A stretch of 63,618 bases of DNA, the filler included, from Collodictyon triciliatum (lineage: Eukaryota): the NCBI GenBank assembly GCA_043381765.1. It is 12 parts of 12 records of this genome, joined end to end, with 100 filler letters (N's around TTAATTAATTAA, not from the genome) between each part and the next. Parts side by side here need not be neighbours in the genome. Positions count along the whole stretch, not along the records: positions 34,840 to 43,739 come from JBHJMP010005690.1; positions 43,840 to 48,712 come from JBHJMP010005691.1; positions 48,813 to 53,684 come from JBHJMP010005692.1; 9 more parts are not named here. The stretch is one strand, 5' to 3'. The notes beneath the pieces were generated by a model that worked only from the letters and a program-made list of their open reading frames with translations, had not been told where the DNA came from and did no database searches. The translations under genes and the position numbers were made by a program. Below, in pieces: positions 38,662-53,784 of this stretch; the first letter of the stretch is position 1, and each line of letters opens with the position of its first letter.

Positions 38662-40372
38662 NNNNNNNNNNNNNNNNNNNNNNNNNNNNNNNNNNNNNNN
38701 NNNNNNNNNNNNNNNNNNNNNNNNNNNNNNNNNNNNNNNNNNNNNNNNNNNNNNNNNNNNNNNNNNNNNNNNNNNNNNNNNNNNNNNNNNNNNNNNNNNN
38801 NNNNNNNNNNNNNNNNNNNNNNNNNNNNNNNNNNNNNNNNNNNNNNNNNNNNNNNNNNNNNNNNNNNNNNNNNNNNNNNNNNNNNNNNNNNNNNNNNNNN
38901 NNNNNNNNNNNNNNNNNNNNNNNNNNNNNNNNNNNNNNNNNNNNNNNNNNNNNNNNNNNNNNNNNNNNNNNNNNNNNNNNNNNNNNNNNNNNNNNNNNNN
39001 NNNNNNNNNNNNNNNNNNNNNNNNNNNNNNNNNNNNNNNNNNNNNNNNNNNNNNNNNNNNNNNNNNNNNNNNNNNNNNNNNNNNNNNNNNNNNNNNNNNN
39101 NNNNNNNNNNNNNNNNNNNNNNNNNNNNNNNNGCTAGTATGGTAGACCGCAGTCACGCATATGAAGTATATGCTCTACTTTATTCAATATCACACTCCAA
39201 AATACCAGCACCGCTCTCGCAGCAGACATCTTTTCCCTTCATTCGATTCAAAGAATCAAGCATGGTTCAATGTCATAAGACTTACATATCCAGCTAATCA
39301 AGGGGTTTGTATACGGATATGATAGGCAGTGGACTTGTCAAAAGACCAGAAGCCGGACGATAAATCAGAAATGACTCGCATCATGAGCATGGGTGGTCAT
39401 GTCGAAAGGTCATACGACGAAAATGGCAAACCAGATGGACCTTATCGTGTTTGTATTTTTCATTACATTGGCCAGATGTGCTGTGATGTTATTGAAGAAA
39501 CTAGTCAATTTTTTTTTCATATTTTAGAGTTTGCACATTAAAAGAGAATATAAATCTCTGTCAACCAAACAGGTTTATGTCTCTGGTGAAGGATACCCAG
39601 GGCTTGCGATAGCTCGTTCTGTTGGCGACCGAGTAGGGAAAACGTGTGGAGTTATATGCGACCCAGTCATCACAGAACACAACGTCGAGCCCGAGCGTGA
39701 TAAATTTCTCGTTCTTGCTAGCGACGGAGTGTGGGAGTTTTTGTCCAGTCAAAGAGTAAGATTGTTTTAACCCTGTTCATTTTCAAAAAAAAATAAAATA
39801 AAATGGTGCGATTGTTATCTATTTTCTTGAGTCATACATCAGTCATATTCATTGCTGGGCCGTCTATTATCTTGTATTCACTCTATTCTATCTCGTGTAT
39901 GCGTTATAGATACTCCTTTTGTAACTTACAGGGCATTTGTAGCATCACTGACCTTCTGTATTTATCAACATAAGGTTGTCACTATCGTTGGTGGGATGAC
40001 AAGCGCAGAAAGTTCTTGTCGTCAACTGGTCTTTGATGCCAAACAGGAATGGGACAAGTGAGACCTTTCATCCAATAAATTATTTCCCTTTAAAAAAAAA
40101 TGATAATAACAGGTGCACACAGCAAAATTTTCAAGTAACACCTCTTTTTCTTAAAAAAAAAAAAAATGAAAAGTGTAAACATATGATAAATGAAATTACT
40201 GGCTGACGGCCGATTTCTTTTGCTTCGCGCACAATTACACTTAATTTACTCATATGGATAAGAATCAAGTTCACTCTTATTGCGGTTCTGTAGGCGTGCT
40301 CTGGAAGAAGGAGGCTATCGCGATGATGTGACATCTCTTGTTGTATATCTGAACCAAATGAACGCTACATAA
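35048..40372 (+). CDS. GRAM + cyclic-nucleotide-binding-like + PP2C phosphatase fusion protein (multi-exon, spans a sequence gap)
   Basis: MGNRHS start; GRAM (EALVACWPC...GRLFISQRYIAYY); CNB (EEGKSYDNLYQVLQG...GDMFGEMSFLDGG.ASASVVA); PP2C (NQD, FFGVFDGHG, SGTTA, LAIARSVGD, LVLASDGVWE, DDVT). Confidence 0.85.
35486..35546 (-). mobile_element. 25-bp poly(A)-tailed retro-insert with 18-bp target-site duplication
   Basis: AAATCACTGAGCTGAATT at 35486-35503 and 35529-35546 flanks TTTTTTTCCTTTATTCGATTCAAAG. Confidence 0.75.
37737..37785 (+). mobile_element. 21-bp retro-insert with 14-bp TSD (1 mismatch)
   Basis: AAACACTATTTTCA and AAACACTATATTCA flank TGAATCGAATAAAGGGGCAAA. Confidence 0.6.
38662..39132. 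other. scaffold gap (471 N, no linker) inside the PP2C gene
   Basis: N-run without TTAATTAATTAA; PP2C exons are collinear on both sides. Confidence 0.9.
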
Positions 40373-41254
40373 GGCATCACCAACTCACACCAAACACCCT
40401 TCACACACCCGGGCCAAATCTGCCGCACTCCTTGCGCCAAAATATCAAACGCTAAACCAAACAAGCACCAAACACGCCCACACCGCGAGCTGCCTGTTGA
40501 TCCGCAATGATCCCTGTTGATCCGTGCTGATCCGAACTGGCCACAGCTCCGTCGCCCGCTTTCGTCATTCGTCAGGCTGCTGCGTCACCGTCCATATTTG
40601 GTAGAGAGATTCTGCACCGGGAAAGGCTGTGATTTCCATTCGGTGAAGGCAGATTACCCCATTCTGGACAGCGGGCGAGCAGGACTCCCTTTTGTGGAGG
40701 AAGCGAAGGCAAAAGCCCCGCTTCAAGGCAGCAGCTGCGCAGCCTCTTTCCAGAAAAGGGAACAGCAACATGCCAAGAAAGAAAGAGAGAAAAATAACGC
40801 GTGAGCCGCGTAAATGTGCTTTGGAAAGGGCAGTCCAGATCACCACGCGAGAGAGTGGCCTCGGAATCGAAGGCGGCTTCTTTGCGTCTGCCTTTGTTTC
40901 TGGCCACAGTATTGCGCAGAAGCCTGCAAGTGCGGGATCGAAGCCTTCCACAGGCCGGCCAAGCTATAAGTACCGTATCGGGCCCGGTTTCCAGGGAAAA
41001 GCCGCAAGGCAGGCAAGTGAATCATAAGCATAGTCGACCTGGCTGCAGAGGACACAAGCACAGGCCATAAGTGCGTGGCTGCCGCCCTGACCCCATTGGA
41101 CGGACCGGAAGGGCTATTGGTTGCGCAGAGAGAGAGAGAGGGTGTGAGGGAGAGGGAGAGAAAGCGCGGCTGCTGGGCAGTCTGAGAAAAGAGAGCCTGT
41201 CTGAGTGCGGAAGGAGGATTGAGCACCCGATATTAACAATGCACCAGCCATAGG

Positions 41255-43639
41255 ATGACTTGGAAGGAGCAGTTTGCGGCGCTTGTGCGCAAAAACTACA
41301 TTTTGCAGGTTTGTCTTGAGGAGTCGCCTGAGTGACTGACTGACTTAAGCTACAGCTAATTATGAAACAAAACAAGAAAAATACGGGGCTTTATCTCTTT
41401 CTTCAAAAGAGCTCCCCTTCCTGTCCCCTTTTTCTCTTTTCTTTTTCTCTTTTCTTTTTCTCTTTTCTTTTTCAATTAAGGCTAGTGTGACTTTCAGCTT
41501 TGTTGAAAGAGGTGGAGTTCTTACGCGTGTAATCTCCTTTAGAAACGCAAGCCTTGGGGCGTTGTTGTTCAGCTCGTTCTGCCAGCGCTTTTCTACATCG
41601 CCTTTGGCATCATCCGAGCAACTCTTTTGCCACCCGAGACTGGTGAACCAAGTGCGTGTCTCCTTGTCTCAACCTTTTCGGTCTTGTTTTTTTTTTTTTA
41701 TCCCTAAAGAGGGCCATATATTTTATCATTCTCTTTCAGTTCATTATCTGTTGCTGTTGGTTGGTTTGTATTATTAGTTTTGTTGAAATTGGCCCTGAAC
41801 ATGGAACATGAAAGGTGCACACTCCGACTGAATCGTTCCTTCTCTTTGTACATATAGTCCCAGTCAATCCCATCTATCCGGTAGTAACGATGGGCTACTA
41901 TGTGCGCAATTTCAAGTACGCGTATTACCCTGACTCCCAGGACGGTACGTGACCCACAGCGTCCCCTCTACTAGTACATGGAAGCTGCCAACACACTAGC
42001 ACTGAAGCCTTCTGGCTCTGGCTGTCTTTCTGCAGCCAATTCTATATCATACCAATTTTCGTCAACTCTAAAAAGCTGGACACTGCTTACCACTACTGAT
42101 TAACAAGTCATAGTGTATTATCCTTTTACTTAAACACTATAACCTCATCTAGTTCTGGACATTATGACAAAGACTCTGGAATTTACTTGCGAGCGGGAAA
42201 ACCCTAGTAACCCAAGTGGTTATGACACCTGTCTGGTTGAGTTGAAGGCGCAGCTTCTCCCTTTTAGTAACGCAGACCAATTGGAAGACTACCTCAAAGA
42301 CAACGAGGATTCTGTCTGGGCTGGTACGCCTCTACATCCAAACAGTTATGATAATAAGATATTCTTCGAGTGTTAACTAGTACAAACATGTATATTAATG
42401 TGAAATCATGAGCATATGTCAATTATTTTGTTGCACGGAACTCTCGCAGCGGTTGGGTTCGTTGACAGCAGAGGAAAGGAATTTGGTGGTCCTTTCACCA
42501 ATCGGATAGACTACAGACTTCGCCTGGACGGCACAGAGCTCCCTTTCAACACCGAAAAGTTTCAAGAGGTTGAAATAGGACCGACAAACTCTGGGGAACA
42601 GTACTTATATTCAGGCTTTGTCTCACTTCAGCTTGCCATGGACGTCGCAATTGGTATTCTCACACAGAAAAGACGAACAAAACCATTCAATTCAACTATA
42701 CCCCTTAAACTGATGAATGCCACCACCGCCACCCTTTTTTTTTTAAGATAATAATAATATTACAACTAGGCTTTATAAGCGACATTTCTGTAATACTAAA
42801 CTGATGCCATATTCCAGCAAGATACAAGACTGGGGATAATTCATTCATCATAGACCTGTCCTCCCAGGAATACCCGTACCCCGAATACACTACAAACGAG
42901 TTTTACAGTATAATTTTTACAAATTCGCATCCATTTTCGGATTCTCCTGAAAAAAAAATTAATAACATTAATCATAATGCCTCATAGTTTTGCTCAATAC
43001 ACGCTTTCAAGCTTTGAGCACCTGCCAATAATTATTTTTTTCATTTGCAATATAGCCGCGGTAAGCGAGTCTATCGCTTTCTACACCTGCCTGAGCTTCG
43101 TCTACTTTGTGATTCGCCTGGTCAATCAGATTGTGACCGAGAAGGAGACCAAGATCAAAGAGGCCATGAAAATTATGGGATTGAGCGTAAGATTTGCCTC
43201 TTGATATCTACAATCGAAATATTTCATTGTGCGATATAAAAATAAAAAGAATTCGTAACTTTTAATTATCAAGACGACGATAATAATAAAACTAGTGTGA
43301 GAGAAAGAAAGGCAAACAACATACTCTAATTATAGGACCTTGTTTACTGGTCAACCTGGTACTTCTCATCGTTCTCTATTATGATAACCGCCATGCTTCT
43401 GCTGTCCATTTCCGCCAAGATATCTACAGTCTATGAGAAGAGCGATTTCATCCTCATATTCATCTTTTATGGTGTCTGGGGCCTGTCCCTCATATCCTTC
43501 TGCTTCGTATGTATCTACATAATTTATAATTTTCATATGGATTTATCTCAACACCTATATTAAGATTTCCACTAATATGATGTCATCGTCACATCCTAAA
43601 AGCTCATCAGCGTGTTCTTTAACAAATCCAAAGTTGCAA
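41255..43639 (+). CDS. ABC transporter subfamily A (5' part)
   Basis: MTWKEQFAALVRKNYILQKRKPW N-terminus, YLYSGFVSLQLAMD, IVTEKETKIKEAMKIMGL, YWSTWY. Confidence 0.9.
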
Positions 43640-43839
43640 GTGAGACCTGACCTCATATCATACATTATTTTAGAGGGTTTATTCATGATTGCTTTCATAT
43701 ATGTATCTTTTTTTTTTTTTTTTTTGTTAGCCTTGATAANNNNNNNNNNNNNNNNNNNNNNNNNNNNNNNNNNNNNNNNNNNNTTAATTAATTAANNNNN
43801 NNNNNNNNNNNNNNNNNNNNNNNNNNNNNNNNNNNNNNN

Positions 43840-43879
<40 letters not shown>

Positions 43880-44015
43880 TGGCAAGAAAACGAGGGCAAA
43901 CTTTTATAATCATGCTTTTCATAGTAGGAAGCTTAAGAGTTGGTCAAAAAAACAAACAAAAAAACAAACAAAAAAACAAACAAAAACAAACAAACAAAAC
44001 ATCAACAACGATAAC

Positions 44016-46674
<2,659 letters not shown>

Positions 46675-46830
46675 ACACTTTGCAAGCATACGGCTTCCTT
46701 TCAATATAACGCGCTGCTCACAATTGAATGACAAGCAACATGCAAAAATCAGTTCTTGCCCTCTTCATTACGTATGAATTAATAAAAATGATAAATGGTG
46801 CATGAGTTGGGTTTATGAATGCACAAGCTA

Positions 46831-48312
46831 CTAAAAGCAAGGCGCTGTCCCATCAAGTTGGCTATTTGCATGCAAGTCATGGGGTAGGTTCAGGGTTTGT
46901 GACTGCACCAAATATTTATGTGAAGTTGATACGGAGTTTTGGGTGGATAGATTCAGCACGATTTCGCATAGAACTGGCAGGTTTCCGCAAGTAACAAATA
47001 ATTGCACTTGGTTACTGGTCCCAACTGGATTGGGGTGGCAGAAAGTAACGCCACGGCAGCCAACCACAACACGCTTGAAAATCAAAAGATTTTTCACAAA
47101 GTCAAATACATGAATCGTTGATGTCGAGGCAGAAACAGAGGCGAGAAAGTGACCGCATTTGGATACATCGACTGATGTGATGGGGTGCTCCTTTTCGATA
47201 AGTAGTTGACCACAACACTTTTGCTTGTCAATATCGATAAAGAAGACAGTGTTAGCTTTTTGAAAAACAACGGCGAGCATTGTAATATTTCCAGAAGCAA
47301 AGAGGCAAGCATGACTATAAATTGTGCCTTGATACGTTGGAACTATGTTTTCCATGGGAAGTTCGATGATGTGAGACCTCAAAGGGTCTTTGTCATTTAA
47401 ATTATAGAGAATAATATGACCTTGTCCATTGTAATGCAAATTCACAACAAGTCTTGCTGATTTCGAGATTGATATGTTCATGCACTTCCAAGATGATAAT
47501 AAGTTTCCTCTCTCTAAATTTGGAACTACTAATGGGAGGGTGGCTTTTTTTTGAGACTTGGCGTACAGAACAATCCTAGAATGGCTTTCTGATACGCCCC
47601 TGATTGATACTGGGCTACAAAGCATAGCAAACATCTCACCATCTTCAGTCGATGCAGTCATTCTGCAATCAGACTCTACAAAGATATCACTGTCAATAAG
47701 TTGAACACCATTTCCATGTAATGAGGTGTTCATTGAGTCGGTGCCGAATTCGACAACACAGCAATCGGTCTGGTCAACACCAAGCAGCTTCCAGGTGTTT
47801 TTTTCTTCAGCTAAATTTGTGGAGATAACTTCACATACGCCATAAAGTGAAAAGTGAAGTTTCTCATTATGATATATCTCATGTTTCTTGAAATCATGGT
47901 CATCAAGGGTATGCTGTAAAGCGGTTGAAATTTGAAATGAAGAAAGATGGTTCGAATCGTATTCGTTGGGGGTTGGCCTCATATTCATATCATCAAGGAA
48001 AGACTGTATATTTAACATAATTTTTTCATTCCTGAATATCATATGTTCTAGTTTTGCATTTGTATTTGACAATATAAATGTATTTGAAAAAGGTATTTCT
48101 CTGTCATTTTGCGGTAGTGTTTTAGGGATAATCAAACTGTTTTTGTGCATTTGGCTGAAAAACAACAGGACTGGATGAACTTTATCAACCAAACCATCTT
48201 CTTTGTGTAACTTTTCAGCAAAACACCATATTTTTTTCAGAAATAGCCAATAATTTAGCCTTGATTGATGGTAGGCGATACTTTTATGAATCGAAGAATT
48301 AAACTGTCCCAA
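46831..48312 (-). CDS. uncharacterised protein, long terminal exon, C-terminal beta-propeller/WD40-like region
   Basis: 493-codon open frame in AT-rich DNA; HPITSVDVSKCGHFLASVSASTSTIHVFDF resembles a WD repeat. Confidence 0.6.
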   Translation of the reverse strand: MGQFNSSIHKSIAYHQSRLNYWLFLKKIWCFAEKLHKEDGLVDKVHPVLLFFSQMHKNSLIIPKTLPQNDREIPFSNTFILSNTNAKLEHMIFRNEKIMLNIQSFLDDMNMRPTPNEYDSNHLSSFQISTALQHTLDDHDFKKHEIYHNEKLHFSLYGVCEVISTNLAEEKNTWKLLGVDQTDCCVVEFGTDSMNTSLHGNGVQLIDSDIFVESDCRMTASTEDGEMFAMLCSPVSIRGVSESHSRIVLYAKSQKKATLPLVVPNLERGNLLSSWKCMNISISKSARLVVNLHYNGQGHIILYNLNDKDPLRSHIIELPMENIVPTYQGTIYSHACLFASGNITMLAVVFQKANTVFFIDIDKQKCCGQLLIEKEHPITSVDVSKCGHFLASVSASTSTIHVFDFVKNLLIFKRVVVGCRGVTFCHPNPVGTSNQVQLFVTCGNLPVLCEIVLNLSTQNSVSTSHKYLVQSQTLNLPHDLHANSQLDGTAPCF

Positions 48313-48461
48313 TGTATAGTTAATTCACTATATCAGTATATTTCAAATATATGACATATTTCAACCAAACGAATTAGTTCATAATACCAAACAACAAACA
48401 ACAGCAAAAAACAAAAACAAAAACAAAAACAAAAACAAAAACAAAAACAAAAACAAAAACA

Positions 48462-48494
<33 letters not shown>

Positions 48495-49315
48495 ACTAGA
48501 ATAAACATGCTATTACTTAGCAATTTGTAGGCGCTATTATTTCAAAAAGAAGCTTGATGATATACATGTAAAATTGACCTTTTCTATTTGAAGGCGACCT
48601 TGGCTTTCTGCCTCATTTATCTTGCTCTCATAATATTCCTCGGTCTTCTTGGCCAAGTCAGTCATCTATATGGTTTTTGAACAAACAAAACAAAACAAAA
48701 AAAAAAGCAAAANNNNNNNNNNNNNNNNNNNNNNNNNNNNNNNNNNNNNNNNNNNNTTAATTAATTAANNNNNNNNNNNNNNNNNNNNNNNNNNNNNNNN
48801 NNNNNNNNNNNNATGGACTTTAATCAGCGGTCGTATTATTTGCGATTGTCATAAACACAGTAGAAAACATGGTGACGGCGCCCAGTGATTAATTACTCAT
48901 CTAATGTAAATTCTTCCTAACCCATCTTTATTTAATGGTTTCTTTGTTGTTCATATATAGCTCGTTTCATCATCGCATCCATCTCCTATTAGTTTTATTT
49001 TCTCATTCAATATTGTGCCTATTTGCTGTGGGCTCATCACCCGATTCTCGATTGTTTTAAGTATAGTATCCTACTCTCGCCAATTTCGATTAAATGGTAG
49101 AAAAAAAAACCCCCCAAGAAAACAACCTTGCGCTCGTTTCGAATCTGACAGAAAACGAAGCAAGAATACTGAGTGAGGTCGAGAATGAAAAAAACAAGAC
49201 GAAGGAATGAGGTTGCTTTGCAGTACTGTTTGGCAGCTGCTGGCACAACCAGCGGAGGTTTCGGTCAGACAAACTCACTTCGAAAAGCAGGGAGAGCTTA
49301 TCACGCGAAGTCGCT

Positions 49316-51820
49316 ATGGCCACCGCAACAAATACGACGACGATCGGCCGTCAGCAGAGCCACAACCAAAGCCTTCGCCCGTCAAATACAGCGTCTGCGT
49401 CTCGCTTCTCGTCCCTGCGCTATGTGGACGACAATCCAGCATACCTCGTGTTAAAACCTGATCTCCGCACGGTTATTTCTCCGTTTCGTCGAGTCCTGAT
49501 ACCTGAAACACCAGTCTCTGAGTTTTTCCTGGAGCTGATCGAAGTGCATCAAGACCAAGTATTTGTCTTTTCTTTTTCTTTTTCTTTTTCTTTTTCTTTT
49601 TCTTTTTCTTTTTCTTTTTCTTTTTTTTCTTTTCTTTTCTTTTCTTTTCTTTTCTTTTCTTTTCTTTTCTTTTCTTTTCTTTTCTTTTCTTCTCTTTTCT
49701 TCTCTTTTCTTCTCTTTTCTTCTCTTTTCATCTTGGTATATTCATATGCGCATGGCCAATTCCTCCTCTCTTAATTTCATTATTCACACTGTTTATTTTG
49801 TGTTTCTTTTTTTAACAACATACTATCTATTCAACTTATTGACCAAGAGTGAATATATCTATTGTACTCCAAATGTATGGTTGGTTTTACTTCAGGCATC
49901 GCATAGCGCCACTTTGTCTCTCCCCTATCTCCCTATTTATATCTCTTTATTTTATTCCCTGTGGATCTGTTCAAAAAACAGCTTACCAAATTAACAAATT
50001 ATCACTAGTATTGGATTTAATAATTAGAATTAGTAAAGAAAAAAAACAACAGCACAAAGGAAATCTCTTTTCACCTCACCCTCCCTTCCAGCTTGCCATT
50101 GTTGACGCCTCTACAGGACACAAAGTCACATATGCCCAACTCGCAGGCGGAATTCGACGGGTCGCTGCATCGCTGTTTTGCCGCTATCTGCGCCATGGCG
50201 ATGTTGTAGCCATCCTGGCCCCAAACATCCCGGAATATGCCGTAGTCTTCCACGCAACATCCCTCTACGGTGGCGTCGTCACCACGCTGAATCCTGAATG
50301 GTCTGATAGCGAATTACTTGCTCAACTCAGTGCACTCCAAGTTCGCCACATATTCACAGACCCTGCTCAAGCCGCCCGCGTCTCGGCCTTGTGGACTAAG
50401 CTGACGCAGCTGGACTCTTCCACGCCTGCACGAGACCCATCCAACATATTTGTCTTTGGGAAACCCGAGAGCGGCTCCAACCACACGGCTTTTGCGGACC
50501 TGCTCCATCCCGACTCTCTATTCCCCGACCAAAACATCAACCCTCATGAGCAAGTCGCTGCAGTCTTTTACATGCGTGATGCTGCGACTGGCGAGCTGGT
50601 CGGCCTTGAATTTACTCACTACAATCTCACGGCAGCGCTTGTCCAGGGTCTGGCCTATGATGATATGGTTCCCCAAGACCGCGTTCTCGCCTGCGCTCCC
50701 TTCCACACTCCCTATGGCCTTTGCTTCCAGATGAATGTGGCTCTGGCTCGCGGAGTCAATGTGGTTGTCCACTCGAGCCCTGCCCCAATCATCGATCTAC
50801 TTGCCGAGTACACTGTCTCTCGCCTCTGCACTGATAATGCAAGGACACTATCAACTCTAAATGACTCGGTCCAGTCTGCAAAGGCCATCATCGCATCGCT
50901 CCAGTGTATTGTGTATGGAGGCCCCGATGCGGCAGCCATCTCGTCGGATTCGTCTCTGATTTCGGTTGTTCAGGCTCTGGAACAAGGTCTCTCGTTACCT
51001 GTTCGCATTCTGTACGGTATTCATGAATCTATTGCGACTCATGGTGTTTTGAAGGGCAGCTCCATCGACTCGGTTGCTGGGTCTGGGGCTCCACCAGGCT
51101 CTGTCGGTCAGCTTTTGCCAAACGTCGAGTGTGTAGTGATTGAGCCGCGCTCTGGCGTATTACTGCCAGCTAATTATGTTGGTGGTAAGTATTGTAATAT
51201 AAAGCTACAAGTGTCAAGACATTCTTGAAGATATATCTACACAGTGAACTTTGTGTCTGACAAGAATATTAGCTTAATCCATGATGTTAACATTTGTATC
51301 TCAGCTATTTAAGTGTACAGAATGTATATAGTAATGATTAATTATCTACATTTTCTACGCCACATTCATTATAGAAATACACATCCGAGCTCCTCAATGC
51401 TTTTCTGGTTCATTTATTTTGCTCATCCTTCATACTCTTTCGCATCTTTTTTTTTGTACGACTGATTTTGAATATATATGTATGTATGCGATTTGTTTTG
51501 TAGTATTACTCTCTTTTTCATTTGCGTATTAATTCATTCTTTTTTTTCTCATAGGCTATGTCGACCACACTCGAAATGCTTCGATGAATGCTGATGGGTG
51601 GATTCGTACTGGTTTCATCGGTATGTCTCTCAAATATTCTTGTCGTAGTTAGGATGAATACAATCGTAATACCGCTCCAAGATTTCGGATGTTATCATCA
51701 CTTCTTCCCTAATTCAAGAGCTCGAGAAAAATTGTAATCTTTTACTTAAAGTGTTATTCTTCTGCTCGATATATAGGTCATTACGACCGGAAGGGTTACT
51801 TTTACGTTCGAAAGGCTTAG
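49316..51820 (+). CDS. 4-coumarate-CoA ligase/luciferase-like adenylate-forming family protein with degenerate catalytic motifs
   Basis: AIVDASTG..VTY, GDVVAILAPNIPEYAVVF, PFHTPYG, GSVGQLLPNVEC, GWIRTG; four GT-AG introns; stop at 51820. Confidence 0.8.
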
Positions 51821-52091
51821 AATTCCAATCATATAAGACCTTCGGGAATCATTTCTTCTTTCTTTTTTCTTTTTTTTTCTACACAGATGGAGGTAGAAAT
51901 CCAATTCACATATTCCCACTTTCCGACCCTTGGACTTAAGTGAAGAACATGGAAACCTTTAATCTCTATCTCTCTATAAACAAACAAACAAAAAATTTGG
52001 ATACTGCCGCGCTTTTTTGGGGTTTATTAAGAAATTGTATATCTTGTTTTGCCGAGAGTTTTGAGTTTCACTGCGAGCTGGTGATTTTTCA

Positions 52092-53210
52092 GGAGCTATC
52101 CTTTTCGTGTTGAGCGCGTCTCATTTCATGAATTTTCTTTTTCAAGGCCAACTTTCTTTCCTCCGCTGTCATCTGAAGCAACTATGGTAATGTATACCCC
52201 TGAGCATTTTCTCAACAACCATATGAACATCAAATCATATTGTATATGAAAAAGCGCTCCATATGCGATTGGTGATTAGATGCGCACTGTCTGTCAACTT
52301 ACGCTCTCATTTACAACTTCTTTGGCATCGACCTCGTGCACTAAACACAAACAATAAGATGCCATTAGTTTGCCATGATAATGTAGGCAAGAATTAACAT
52401 AGACGAAAGAGACAAAGAGGCACCCCGCCATTTTATCTCTCCCTTAAACAACAAACCAACTCGGACTTTTACTTCAAGAAAAGGCGTTGAGAGACATCAT
52501 GGAGGGATACTTGCCTGCTTCTTGTTGTTTGGGTGCAGAATTCTCCGGCTGTATGACCGCGTGTTCAGCACCGGAGGATTTCCCAAACATGGCCAGCGCG
52601 TGAGAGACATCCGACTTAGTTGGCCCGTGATGCTCTGAGGGCAAAAGTAATTTCGTTTATTTGCTGTTATTTTTGTTTTTGTTTTGAAGAGGCAATGAGT
52701 GTCGATAGTATCTTGTAAAGATGTCATATTGGGGTTTACATCATGGATTGTTTTGATTAAGATAGATTAGATTGTTCAAGTAGAAATATAGAAATATACA
52801 CTCACTTCAGTAGCGAGTTTTGAAGTTCATATATAGCATTTTTTTATATAAAAAAAGCAATAGAACATATTGTGGCTGTTATGCATACCTTTGGCAACTT
52901 CGGATAGATTAGTCACTTCCTCATCATCTATGTATTTCTAAAAGAAAAAAATTGTCAAGAGAAAAATTACATCAATACTTTGCTATGCAATACCCATTGT
53001 GAAATGTATTCGTGACTAGCCATTTAAAAATGCTAGATGTCTGTGCTAATACAAGCGGAAGTTCGGTATACATAACTATTAAATCATTGAAGTATTTTGT
53101 CTCACTTGCAGGTCTTTTCTGTAGCCAGAATCCATCTGGTAAACATTATCATCCAGGCTCTGGAATTCTAGGGCTCCGCTGGGGTTGATATCGTCCCTTT
53201 CCCATCTCTA
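52092..53210 (-). CDS. uncharacterised protein, 3' exons
   Basis: In-phase spliced exons FQSLDDNVYQMDSGYRKDLQ / KYIDDEEVTNLSEVAK / EHHGPTK...QQEA / VHEVDAKEVVNES / MTAEERKLALKKKIHEMRRAQHEKDSS*. Confidence 0.6.
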
Positions 53211-53573
53211 CGGATGATAGAATATAAAGACCGGTCAAAGGAACATGTTTTGACGTAAAGATAGATTTTTTGATATGAAATTGAATAGAACTAAGGTGTT
53301 ACTTTAGATGTATCCTTGCCGTCTGATTCATGAACAGGTAGGTGAATATTAGAACTCAAATAGTTGGTAAAGAAAATTTTGAACCAGATGTTTTTTATAT
53401 AAATAAGTGGAAAATTCCAGTTGGATAGGTGCTTAAATGTAACCCTACCACGAGAATCATGACGCCTAGTCTTTTGTTTTGAGACAGGTTTTGATAAATG
53501 AAAACAAAAATTGGAAGCGCTCAATGTTACATTTGTATTTAAAAAATAAAAGACAGAATAAAAAGTGGAGATC

Positions 53574-53684
<111 letters not shown>

Positions 53685-53784
53685 NNNNNNNNNNNNNNNN
53701 NNNNNNNNNNNNNNNNNNNNNNNNNNNNTTAATTAATTAANNNNNNNNNNNNNNNNNNNNNNNNNNNNNNNNNNNNNNNNNNNN

